From NCBI GenBank assembly GCA_000091205.1, contig AP006498.2: 64,000 nt of DNA. One strand, given 5' to 3'. This document shows, in pieces, positions 1 through 10,594 of this stretch. The notes under the pieces are model-generated. The model did no database searches. It saw nothing but the letters and a program-made list of their open reading frames with translations, and was not told where the DNA came from. The DNA is from Cyanidioschyzon merolae (lineage: Eukaryota). Position numbers and translations under genes: made by a program. Numbering within the stretch: position 1 is the stretch's first letter; each line of letters opens with the position of its first letter.

Positions 1-159
1 CCCCCCATTCCTCGGATCACATTGATTAGGTGATCTCAGTGCGGGAGCATCTATGACATCGGCGTCTTTTATTTCAATGGCGATAGGGTATTCTCCTCTG
101 ACGGTTTGATCTGGGCTCATACGCGTCTGGTATAGCGTCGTTTACTACATACCAAAGCT

Positions 160-3100
160 AATTGGAAATTACCACGGGCGCTTTGCTTTTTCTGGTTTAC
201 TGAACTTTTGCACTGACCAGACGGATTAAATCGCTTCTTTGATATTGGTTTCGAAAAAATCCTCTCTCATTCCGAACGATCCCTGTGCATTGCATTTCTT
301 TTTCTTACTCTCGGCCTTATTGGTCGTTTCACACTCTTATCCTACGCCGGATGCCTGCCGTATGCACCAGCCGTAATCTAGTTATCGCTGGTGCTGGTGC
401 ACTTAGGAAATACAGCAGCCTTGACAATCTACTGAGCGTGGCGGTGGAGGCTTGTTTCATGCAACGCGGAAGCATGGCTATTTATATTTCTTGGAGCCTC
501 CAAGCTGTACTATCAGCCTTCCTGCCTGGTAGTCGCGGTGCTTTGTATTGGAAGACCGCCACGCCAAAATTTATATTCAGATGCAGCATACTTGGTCATG
601 ATCCAACAATCAAATGCGTTCGACTGAGATGCTCAGGTGCGGTTCATCCCTCGCCACTGAAAAGTCACACGGAGGACAGGCCGGTTCGTTCTCGCGGCTC
701 GCACACCTCCCGCCTAATCTAACAGTGTGACCATACGCAAAAACTTCTCTCTTCAACGTTTCCGGTTGGTGGCGATAGTACTTGCTATTCCGTTTGTGTA
801 TATTGTTGTACTAGTTGGCATCTTCTATGTCGTGCGCCCTGGTGACGCATCGCGAAATCTGGCCGTCACCTCACACTACGTGCGTCTTGCCGATCAAAAG
901 AAACGTGTTAATGACCTCTTGTGGAGCGACTGCTGTATCGGGGCCACTTGTTTTTGCGATCGAATCGTATCAAATTGTAGTTTTGGCTTCAATAGCGTTT
1001 CAATCTTCAAGTAAATTTATTCAACTGATTTTCGCCTTTCAAAGCAGAAGCGTCCAATGAGTTTTTCTCCCAAATAAAATTGACTCATGTAAATCAAGGG
1101 GGTGGGGGGTACGGGGTGGCAGATGTGCCCGGATGTCAGAACGAAACGAGACATGCTGCCCAGCGAAGAGGGCCAGGAAAAAAGAAGAAGCAACATTTGG
1201 AGGCCTTAGATCGAAGGCTGCCATGGTGACGTCTGTACGACGAGATGGTGGTGGAATCCTATCTTCTCCAACATATCAATGATCCGTACGACTGATTGTT
1301 GCGAGACGCTATCAGAAAGCGTGTCGGTTCGTACGCCAGGTATGTTTGTACCTTCTCTTTAGGACGTTGGCATTTGGAGAGCGAGCTGCATCCGGAGGTA
1401 ACGCACATCGCAGAAGTGATGTTTCCGGAAGAAATTTTCCAAAAGACTTTCATCAACCACCTGATTGTTTTTAATGGGAAAACATCGAGGATAAATGAGC
1501 GAGTGCATGCCTTTCTCAAAAATTACGCCAAGTACCTCGTCATCGGTGCTGTACACAGGGGTGACGTAGATATTTACGAATACAGGGCAAAGAGGTGCCT
1601 CAGGAATGTGAGGAACCGTAGCATCGCAACCCTCGATTGTTTCATGATACGCGTCGTCTTTGCGCTGTACCCGGGCCTATTTCGCGAAGCGATGCTTGCA
1701 ATCATCGATGGTATGAAGAACGATCGCCAGCATGAACAGGAGATCAGATTCGTCGACAAGAGGACATCACGCCCGAGAAGGAATATTGCTTTTGTTATCC
1801 GCGCGACTATTCTAAAACATCGTTCACGCTTGGGGCTTGTCGACCCTAGAGAAAAACTGTCAGATATGATCAAAAAAGACGAAGAAAGATTTTAGTCCCT
1901 CATCCTGCCCTACTTCATTTTTCCGACCGAAAACTCGAACGCAAGGCTGACATGGAGCTGAGTTTGGAAAAATGACCGACGGGAGAACGGACGTTGAAGA
2001 GCTTCTCCAGATGCGCTTCGTTGTCGTCCGGTTACGCGAGTTCAAGTCACATGTTGTGAATATCGACTCTAGAGTCCTTTACGCCTTCATGAAAGAGTTC
2101 TATCCAGTGCTCGATATAAGCAACAAAGGGGCCACCGGCGAAGACCGGGACACCTACTGGAAGAAGCATTTCGATTCCAAGTGTCCCAAACCGGCCAAAA
2201 AAGGTATTCACGGGGACCATCGATAACGATGATGGATACATATGGGTACATTAGTAGCGGTTGTAAGTACTTCGTCCTATCTCGTCTTCGTTGTCGCCGT
2301 TGCCGATGCACGAACAGAAGAAGATGGGCGATGGAACGTATAATCGCCACGAAAACGACTTTGTCGTCGACCTTAACCCTAGGAACACGAATATCATAAC
2401 AATCGCAATACCCGAGTGTGCGGAAGATGGTACTGAATGTAACGTACGTCAGAGAGACATGCATCTTTTGAGGCTCTCGAGAGCGAGATACTATCGAGAA
2501 TCCTGTATAATGAATGCAAAAAAGAAAATTGCAGCATGGAATGAAGGAATGAAAGAGCATATGGAAGCTATGGGCGAGGTGACTAGCCGCGGAGCGGACT
2601 ATAAAGCTTTTCGGAAATTCATGGAAGTTCGCGTCGCTCATTGGGATGCGCTGTGGAAGGAGTATACAAAGCCCCGGTGGGCTCGTCTGCGAATAAATTT
2701 GTATTGCGGGAACCAGCGGGCGTTCGCCAACTTTTTCAATCAATTGGGTGCCTTGAAATAGGATGACAGTCAGAGGCTCGCAGTAGCGTATGGATCAGGG
2801 CGATGGAAGACCCAAAAGGGACTACTCCAGCTCTGTCGACAAGAACATACAATGTGTGTTAACGGCGTTTCGTCACGATACCTGTCGATGAGTTTCGAAC
2901 GTCCTATACACACCATGAACTGGGTTATACACTTCAGAGAGTGGAGGTAGAAAAGGGCCAGCGGAGCCCTGAGGATATAGAAAAGTACGGACCGCTGATG
3001 GAGGAGCAAATGGAAAGGCGAACGAAAGTCCGAGGGCTACTCGCATTGGTGAGTGCAACTTCCAATGGCAAGTTACGTATGGGGTTTGTGAACAGAGACT

Positions 3101-3317
3101 TTAATGCCGCTATCAAGATACGGAGGTGTGCGATGCTGGAGAACAGACCTCCAGAATAGACAAGAATGATCTTTGTTGGACAATATCCCAAAGTCGGATT
3201 ATATGAGAAAAAGTTTGAGCCAGTAGTAGGTGGCCGGTACAAAAAGACGGGGAGGCGTCTGCACGTTAGTTGGAGACGTCTTGTCTAGTGCGGGTTTCTC
3301 GCCACTACTGTACACTG
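160..3317 (+). mobile_element. Copy A of a TnpB/Fanzor-like element. The left boundary is uncertain and may reach the window start; the right end is at the conserved ...GCCACTACTGTACACTG.
   Basis: Nucleotide and peptide homology to copy B (21440..24635), traced by eye from about 160 to 3317 (about 60-75% identity). It contains a decayed Fanzor-like reading frame. Homology to copy B stops exactly after CACTG at 3317. Confidence 0.55.
1296..3288 (+). pseudogene. Decayed TnpB/Fanzor-like nuclease gene, copy A. Frameshifts and stops split it into ORFs 1296..1895, 1972..2226, 2291..2761 and 2941..3159.
   Basis: RuvC-I-like ENDFVVDLNPRNTNIITIAIPE. RuvC-III signature FVNRDFNAAIKI (D-x-N-A-A-x-N-I). 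A shared tail PVVGGRYKKTGRRLHVSW is followed by TAG at 3286..3288. The pieces lie in different frames, so the gene is not intact. Confidence 0.6.
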
Positions 3318-4034
3318 TTGTCGTTTGACTTAGAACGGCGTTGTTGGTGTCAGGGCTTCGATGCATAATATGTTTACGCTTTCGTGTCTTGTAATCTTCC
3401 GTTTTCGTGCTTTCCACTGCAGGAGTGGTAAAATTGTGCAACTGTAATCCACTTCTGCTTCACAGCCGTCTGGTGCCATTCTATATGATGTATCAGTGTC
3501 ACTTTCTTTTCGGTTTTTTTGAGACAATGTATTCCATCACTGATTCTGATATTTTTTCCTCGTATAAATTCCTGAATGCCTTACACCACCGCTTCGAGAG
3601 TCAAGCAACAGAGCAGACCGTTAACATCCACAAATGTGAAAACAGTCTGACGGAACGCCTCGCAGCTTGACAGCCTCCACGACATCTCCAAGCTTCGATG
3701 CATGTGTATCGCGGATCGACCTGTCTCAAGTGACCAACAGGACCTGCTATTTTCAGCCACGGCTCGATGATGCATCACATCTCGTTTCCATTCTATTGTC
3801 AATCCACAAATTTTGCGATCGCGTGGATCCATGGATGCAACCTCACCCATACATCTACAGGGCTCAGGTTCCATTCATGACCAACGTACCTTACAATATG
3901 CTGTTTGAAGCCTTCTTTGTTATAAATAACATGTTTTCATCACCGCTCGTTCATACATTTCAGACAGTAGGCGTAGCAGCTCATGATGGGGCTCACGTCC
4001 TGGTCGACCGTGGACTCTGCATCAGCTTCGCTGC

Positions 4035-6323
4035 TCAGCAGGCAGCAGCCACAACACTCACACGAGCCTCCTTCAAAATGCGCGCTGCTATCGTCCACAT
4101 GCGATACAACCCTTCTGCGTACGGCATGATACCGACCGTACTGTCTGTGCCGAGCATTGAACCCCATATGGTACGCAGCGCACCTACACGTGCAGGCCAT
4201 AGAACAGCATGCGCGACAACATGAGACGGATACGTTCCGTAGCAGCTCACGAGAATGCCGTCGACAACAAGACGCCCTGAGCGCGTCAGCGGTGCATAGA
4301 GGCCATCACGCGTAACAAGAGTGTCGATCGCGACTACCGGATCCGGGAGATCCGAGGCAACGTCCAGCAGAGCGTCGCCAATGCGGATATCTTCTGCGAA
4401 CGCTGCCTCAATGGCAGAGGTCTCAAGCTCAAGGCTCTTATGTATGCGCTGCTGCTGGTTCCGTAAATGACCTGTCGCAATAGTTATTATACTGCCATCC
4501 AGGACTCTTGAGTGTTCGTGCATCCGATACACCAGATGCTGCCTCGTCAAGCGTAGCTGCTTCCCAGAAAGCGTCTTGATCGCAAGGATCTCCACTACAG
4601 CACCAGGCTCGTTATGCAACCATCCCAGTACAGTATCCTCGACGAGCTGCCCACGTCCATTGACGCCAATCACCACCATACCCGGGCGCAACTCGCTCAT
4701 CAGCACCGTATTGCCTAGACGATCAACCATTACAGAGGCCTCCGCAGGGAAGCATACCGCGGAGCCTGTGCCTACTGGGACCTCTGTTACGTTCGTTGTT
4801 GCTGACATTGTCGCAGAGTACGACGCCGACACCGACACTGCCGGACTTGCTGTAGGCGTTATAGTTGGAGTTGGTGTAGGAGTAGGATACGGCGAAACGA
4901 ATACCTCCGATAGAGAAAAGACATCATTAAGTAACCCGGTGATAGGAACTGACCCATTTGCATAGCCAAAGCCGCCAAATAGAACTGGATCAAATGCCGC
5001 AAACGTCGCGTCATTTGATTGAGAGACCCATATAGTAGAGCCAAATCGACCACCCGGTTTGACTGAACTATTGGTCTCGTTAACGACTCCGTAGAAGCTC
5101 AAACTGTTCGGCATTGCACTACCGTTGATCCACGCCCATTGTCCAAGCTCCGGATCAAATACCCAGAGGTCATTCAAGCATCCGCTGAGGCTAGATGCAG
5201 CGGCCAGCCCGGCGCCACCAAATAGCTGAAGATTACCCAAAGAGTCCACAAAACTGACGCTACCTAACCGACTACCAGGCGTATTCATCGCAGAATACCC
5301 TCCAAAGACGTCGTAAACGCCGAAATTGTTTGAAGTCTTCCCTCCAGTGACATAGACCCAGATACCGGTGCTTATGTTGTACATCCATAGATCGTTGAGG
5401 TTGCCGTACTGCGTCGTGCTGTTCCCGTAGCCCCTACCACCAAACAGCCACAGATTACCATCAAGATCAACCCACGTGGACGCAGCGTGTCGTGCACCGG
5501 GAGCGTTTGAGGAGTTTCCAACACCAGGAGCGCTGTAATTACCGTACTCATTGCCAACTAGGCTACCTCCGACCCAACCCCATTCGGATGTAGTGGTGTT
5601 GAATACCCATAAGTCCGCACGATCACGAAATATGTGATCGGTACCACCAAAGAGCCACAGGTTATTATTCATATCAGTCCAAAAGGCAGCACCATCCCGA
5701 GCACTCGGACTAAAACTGCTGCTGAAGCTTCCTTTTTGTCCGCTAGCGCCAGGCGCGTCCACTGTGTCGTTCCCTGCGATCCAAGTCCAGTTTTCTGTAA
5801 ACGGATCGTACTGCCACAAGTCGTTCAAACGACCAATGTCTCCGTTCTTATCAAGACCGTATCCTCCAAAAAGGTAGAAGATGCCAGTAGATGTCTGCCA
5901 AAACGCGGCGTTTTCCCGAGCACCAGGCATATTAGACGAGTTCGCCTTCCCGAGCGTCCCATAGGTACCAGACTGGTCGGGAACCGATGACCCACCAATC
6001 CACGTCCACTCCAAGGATGATTTATTGAACACCCATAGGTCGTTCAGGTGTCCTATGCTTGCGTTTGCTTTCCCTTCACCACCGAATAAGTAGTGACCGT
6101 TCGGACCCGACCAACTAGCGGCGCCATGCCGCGCGCCTGGCGTGTTGCCCGTTGCTGGAAGACTCTTGTTGCCGTAGATTCCAGACCCGTCGGTACGCTG
6201 ATTGCCCCCTACCCAAGTCCAAGAAACCGTATTCACGGGAGTAGCTACGAGCGTGCGAACAGCAAAGCTCACAAACAGGTAAAGAAAGAAGCAAACAGTA
6301 GGTTTAACTCTGATTATAACCAT
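4035..6323 (-). CDS. Secreted Kelch-repeat beta-propeller protein with a C-terminal Hedgehog/intein-type Hint (Hog) autoprocessing domain.
   Basis: 762-aa ORF. N-terminal hydrophobic signal peptide (MVIIRVKPTVCFFLYLFVSFAV). About six repeats of the Kelch/galactose-oxidase pattern (LFGG...LNDLW...W.W..G). PT-rich linker (PTPTPTPTITPT). Then CFPAEASVMVDRLGNTVLMSELRPGMVVIG...TRQHLVY...LYAPLTRSGRLVVDGILVSCYG, which matches the Hedgehog Hint module (CFPG..V.L..G....DL.PGD.VLA...TAAHL...TxxGTxxVNxVLASCYA). Confidence 0.7.
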   Translation of the reverse strand: MVIIRVKPTVCFFLYLFVSFAVRTLVATPVNTVSWTWVGGNQRTDGSGIYGNKSLPATGNTPGARHGAASWSGPNGHYLFGGEGKANASIGHLNDLWVFNKSSLEWTWIGGSSVPDQSGTYGTLGKANSSNMPGARENAAFWQTSTGIFYLFGGYGLDKNGDIGRLNDLWQYDPFTENWTWIAGNDTVDAPGASGQKGSFSSSFSPSARDGAAFWTDMNNNLWLFGGTDHIFRDRADLWVFNTTTSEWGWVGGSLVGNEYGNYSAPGVGNSSNAPGARHAASTWVDLDGNLWLFGGRGYGNSTTQYGNLNDLWMYNISTGIWVYVTGGKTSNNFGVYDVFGGYSAMNTPGSRLGSVSFVDSLGNLQLFGGAGLAAASSLSGCLNDLWVFDPELGQWAWINGSAMPNSLSFYGVVNETNSSVKPGGRFGSTIWVSQSNDATFAAFDPVLFGGFGYANGSVPITGLLNDVFSLSEVFVSPYPTPTPTPTITPTASPAVSVSASYSATMSATTNVTEVPVGTGSAVCFPAEASVMVDRLGNTVLMSELRPGMVVIGVNGRGQLVEDTVLGWLHNEPGAVVEILAIKTLSGKQLRLTRQHLVYRMHEHSRVLDGSIITIATGHLRNQQQRIHKSLELETSAIEAAFAEDIRIGDALLDVASDLPDPVVAIDTLVTRDGLYAPLTRSGRLVVDGILVSCYGTYPSHVVAHAVLWPARVGALRTIWGSMLGTDSTVGIMPYAEGLYRMWTIAARILKEARVSVVAAAC

Positions 6324-8883
6324 AGGAGAGACTTAGTCGTGTTCCCTAAAACAGCACGCCGGGGAACAGGCTCTTCAAAAAGAGCGACAAAAACTTTAGT
6401 CACTTACCAGCAGCCTTTGTAAAAAACCTAGGCGGGACTCGCCTGAACGCGTATCTCCCGTGCGTAATCGTTGGGTTCCGCCATGTCGCCGCCGCGGCGA
6501 ACGCACACGTGGCAGAATGGTAGTTATGCCCATGTTTTCGTGACATAAAATTTGCCGTGACATCGATGCCCCATTGACGATTTCTAATAGCCCGGCCTCT
6601 CGAGGATATCCAAGGCACTTGCAGGTACTGCTCTTATTTCCGTGTCTTCTACGTACACGGATTTGTAGCGTTTAGGCATTAGCAAACGTTACGCAGCACA
6701 TGCCACCTCCGGCTTCGGAAACGAGACATATTTCTTCCGTCATTGCTGCTTTCTTTTGCTGATGCTGGAGACCTTATCAATGCGATTGCAAATAATTGGT
6801 TGTGTCCTCCGCGCAGGCCATATTAATTACGACCATTCCGGAGAGGAGACTGCGATTAAAGTCTATTCTGTGCCCTATGTTACCGATGGAGTCCGAACAT
6901 CACATTTGTATGATGTTAGATGGATGAATGCAGCAAAATCTTTCTGCGTACGTATGTTTCGACGAAGAACGTGAAAAAAAAACTTTGCCGTCAGGCACCT
7001 ACGCACTGGTGTAGTATGAGCCTCCAAAGTATTCATTTGTATAGAGATAAAAGACAGATCCAACAATCATCCCGCTATCAAGCAGCCTCAAAAGCTTGCT
7101 GCGACTCCGGATGCGCGAATGTCGCTGATACCCTACAGTGAACCAACTACTTCGCCATACAGCTGAGGCCGTTGGCCCGGAGCGTAGCACCCGCTGCGGG
7201 CTTGGGACTCTTCTTCTTTCTAGGACCCAGCAGGGCGCTGATACAGCCTTATTGCCGGCTCTGCGAAACAGTACGCTGGGAAACCACAGCGACCAGGGCG
7301 CCTATGAGACGCATGCCGCCGGTGGTAGTACCAGAAAAGCTGAACTAAAGTATTTTACTCTCAGCTCCCTTGTACGATCAAACCGGCACCGAATATGTGG
7401 GGTTCACGCTGACGCCTATGGCTGGTGGCGACTCGACCCGCTGCTTCTCGGACCACGCACCCCGACCTTCCTCTGGCAAGGACTACGCCTGTGACTGCTG
7501 TCGCCATGTGGCATCGAACTCGAATCCGTGGGCCGGGTCGACGCCCCGTGTTCCCGGTGAAGCGAGCAAGGGTAGAATTCGAAAGCTCACCAAGTGCGAA
7601 CGGGTTCGCCAACACTCGCTCATACAATATTTGAGCAAGAGTGCTGCTTTAGCCAACCTGTTACGCGCAATCGGTCATGTCCAGAATATTTTTTGCCCGT
7701 TGCGCTGCCCAGCCCGGGGCGAGCGCCGTGAATATATATTGCCTCGTGCACGAAAAAATAAACAATGCATACGGATAGGCACATTCTATGGGGCATATTC
7801 CTAGTAGGTGATTATGGGGAAGGTCAGTGAGACGACGGCAAATCCCGTTTGAATCGAGTAGCCAGAGAACGTGAACTTGCGCTTATACCAGACAATCTGC
7901 AGGGGACGGGCCGTCTTGCCCAGCGCATTGTGCGATACTTTCCAGTAATCTGACACCTCAGAAATAGCTCTAGTACAGCTGGGAATTTGATTCAGGGCAG
8001 GACCGTTGACCCTGAGCTCCATACAAGTGCGCCGAATCCAGAATCCAGCCCAAGCGCCACTCGCACACAAGATAGATCCCAATTGTTCAGAATTTTTACG
8101 CATACGTCCTGGTGGTACTCGGGTGTGCGCAGCCTCTGGATTCGTTGTCCATCCCGTAGTTGCCGTTACCTTTCTCTCTAGAATTTGATAGTGTGCGCGT
8201 CATGAGACCTCGCCCGCCGCTCTGTGTACTAACCTTCAAGCCCACGTCTTGGGCGTTACCGCTGCCAAGGAAATGAACAAAATACACGGAGAAGCATGTA
8301 CCATAAGCTTGTGTGAATTCTAGTTTCGTCCCTGGTACACCAGACTTCTAGTCGGGCCTTTTTCATTTTCGATGGTAAACGCAGTCGCCTAACACCTCGA
8401 TGGGCCGTTTATGGAGTAAAATATTTCGCAAGGCACCTCATACGTCACATCTGCTGCTGATGTGTGACCAAGAACGGGGAAACAATAGCTGAACACCCTT
8501 CCAAGTTGGTGCTGCGTCCAACTGCCCGCGTTTCCAACTACCTGCGCTTCAGTAGCCCAAGACTACTGCATCGCATGCAGACAGTAAGATTCCCGCTGAA
8601 TTTGCGGAGCACGGCATCACCTCGCGCTCAAGAACCCAAAGCCGCGAATGACGCCCCCGGTAGACAGCCGAGCCAGCGGGATGCGCAAGCACCGCCACGA
8701 AAAACCAGGGCACAACCACCATACGAGCAATGCTCTCCGGGTGCATGCCGATCCCGAGTCGATTTCGAAAACGTTTCTAACGCTGTACAGAAAAACGTTA
8801 TGCACGGACGTATGCGTATGACGGAAACAGACAGTACCGCTGTAACTCCCAGAACGAAGCATTGAGGATCACGCAAAGCTGCG

Positions 8884-10425
8884 CTACGCTTTGTTCGAGG
8901 CATGTAATCGACGCCAGCGCTCATGGGATTCGTTGACGGCAAAATCAGCGTCCGTAAATCGAGCTCGGAATCGTTCATCATCTTTCTCTCGTCGGCGACT
9001 CGAGGTGCGGTTCTTCTGCGAATCCACAGCTCTGATGCGCTGCTGCTGCTGTTGGGCGATTCGCTCTTGAATGCGCAAACGACGCCATTCCTCATACTCG
9101 GCGGGATTTATGGCCGATCGAGTCTTCCGATACAAGGAAAGTTCAATCAAAAACCCGTGCAGATGAGGAATTAAAGCATCAGATCCGAGGAGCGATTCCA
9201 GTCCCAGAGCGGAGAGTTCGTCTCGAGTCACAAACCGATAGTGGTCATAGATCGCCACGACCGAATCCTGCTGCGAAACCGTCGATTCCGCGAGTTCCTC
9301 TGTCAAATGTTCCAGATAGGCACACCATTTCGGAGCCGGGCCAAGTGCTGGTATAAAATAGCAATGAACAGGTCGATCTGAACAAGCTGCCATGACGAGT
9401 CCGGCGCCGCCGAATGAGGTCTCCAGCTGCTCGATATCAGCAGGAGTCTCGAAACTCAGAAAGGGTGCGTCCTCTAATCGGAGGTCACCGAAAATTTTCA
9501 CGCATTTTCTGTCCGCTGCAACTAGCCAGGAACGATTCGGCTCGTGTGCGCCAACGTGGATGCTGACCGACTGCACGGGGAGGCCAAAGCCGAGCGACCG
9601 TACCCCAAGTGGTCGTTCTGATCGAATATCATACAGCAGTAGTGTCCCGTCATCCAGCCCAACACCAAGATGTAGACCCTGAAACACGGAACAGGTCACA
9701 GTGCTGTTCCCGAGTTCTGTTGCATGCTTGGCAGGATTGAAGCAGCCCGCTCGCCGATGCGGTTCTTCGCGCGGATCGAACACTTCATAAAACCCCGAGT
9801 CACCGCCAGCTCCGAGCAAGTTAAATTCTTTGTTGAGCTGCAGAGTCTCGTTACTCGCGGAAAATGTTTCTAGGGGCGGCAAGAACCGACCCTCGTCAAG
9901 GTTCAAGCGATACACGCGAGACCCAGCCGCGGCAACGTACAAGTCACAGTTGCTCGGGTGATAGGCCAAGGCTCGCCCAGCATGCGGAATACGCACCTTC
10001 TCGTGCAAGCCGCCCTGCGAGTGCAACTCAATAAATCGATCGTTTCGTAGAATAGCCAGCTTTCGCCAGTCGTCTTCAAGAACGAGAAGATCCACAGGTG
10101 CAGCGTCAAAGTGGCGCACAAACTTGAGACCCAGCTCTGCAAACTCGAAAACTCGCAGCTGCGGTGGGTATGTCCCAACTGCAACCAAGTGCGTACCGGA
10201 AGGTGTCGAGCGAACTCGCACACACGATCCAGGAAACTCAAGGTCCTGCAGCAGTTGGATCTGTGCAGCGTGCGCGCCTGTCCTTGCACGAACGTCTCGA
10301 ACGTTTCGGCGCGACGCTTGCTTCGAGCCTTTGGTGACTTGCTCAAGCGGCGTTTCTGCAGGCGGAGAGGTAATGTGGTACACCGCAGCACCAGGAACCG
10401 CTTGGCGCTCAAAGGTGCGCACCAT
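8884..10425 (-). CDS. NOL10: Nucleolar protein 10 (NOL10/Enp2) homolog: WD40 plus a NUC153-like domain.
   Basis: 513-aa ORF that can be aligned along its length to remembered human NOL10, for example: RIPHAGRALAYHPSNCDLYVAAAGSRVYRLNLDEGRFLPPL; LLLYDIRSERPLGV; YFIPALGPAPKWCAYLEHLTEEL; YRFVTRDELSALGLESLLGS; HGFLIELSLYRK; NPAEYEEWR. Confidence 0.8.
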   Translation of the reverse strand: MVRTFERQAVPGAAVYHITSPPAETPLEQVTKGSKQASRRNVRDVRARTGAHAAQIQLLQDLEFPGSCVRVRSTPSGTHLVAVGTYPPQLRVFEFAELGLKFVRHFDAAPVDLLVLEDDWRKLAILRNDRFIELHSQGGLHEKVRIPHAGRALAYHPSNCDLYVAAAGSRVYRLNLDEGRFLPPLETFSASNETLQLNKEFNLLGAGGDSGFYEVFDPREEPHRRAGCFNPAKHATELGNSTVTCSVFQGLHLGVGLDDGTLLLYDIRSERPLGVRSLGFGLPVQSVSIHVGAHEPNRSWLVAADRKCVKIFGDLRLEDAPFLSFETPADIEQLETSFGGAGLVMAACSDRPVHCYFIPALGPAPKWCAYLEHLTEELAESTVSQQDSVVAIYDHYRFVTRDELSALGLESLLGSDALIPHLHGFLIELSLYRKTRSAINPAEYEEWRRLRIQERIAQQQQQRIRAVDSQKNRTSSRRREKDDERFRARFTDADFAVNESHERWRRLHASNKA

Positions 10426-10550
10426 TCCCCCCAGAACAGTACCAAAACGTCTCAGAAAAGAACAAGACAGCGGTGGACGTTGTTTTAGCGCATACTCTGG
10501 TACCTCGGTACGAGCGCCGCAACCAGTCCCCGTAGCACGAGCGCAGCAGG

Positions 10551-10560
10551 TCTATATATA
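10551..10560 (+). promoter_or_regulatory. TATA-like box (TCTATATATA) about 35-45 bp upstream of the permuted tRNA gene.
   Basis: tctatatata at 10551..10560, the only AT-pure decamer in an otherwise GC-rich intergenic stretch. Its position relative to 10595 fits an upstream Pol III TATA element as described for permuted tRNA genes. Confidence 0.4.
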
Positions 10561-10594
10561 TCAATTTTCAACCGAATTTATACGTCGCGCAGCG

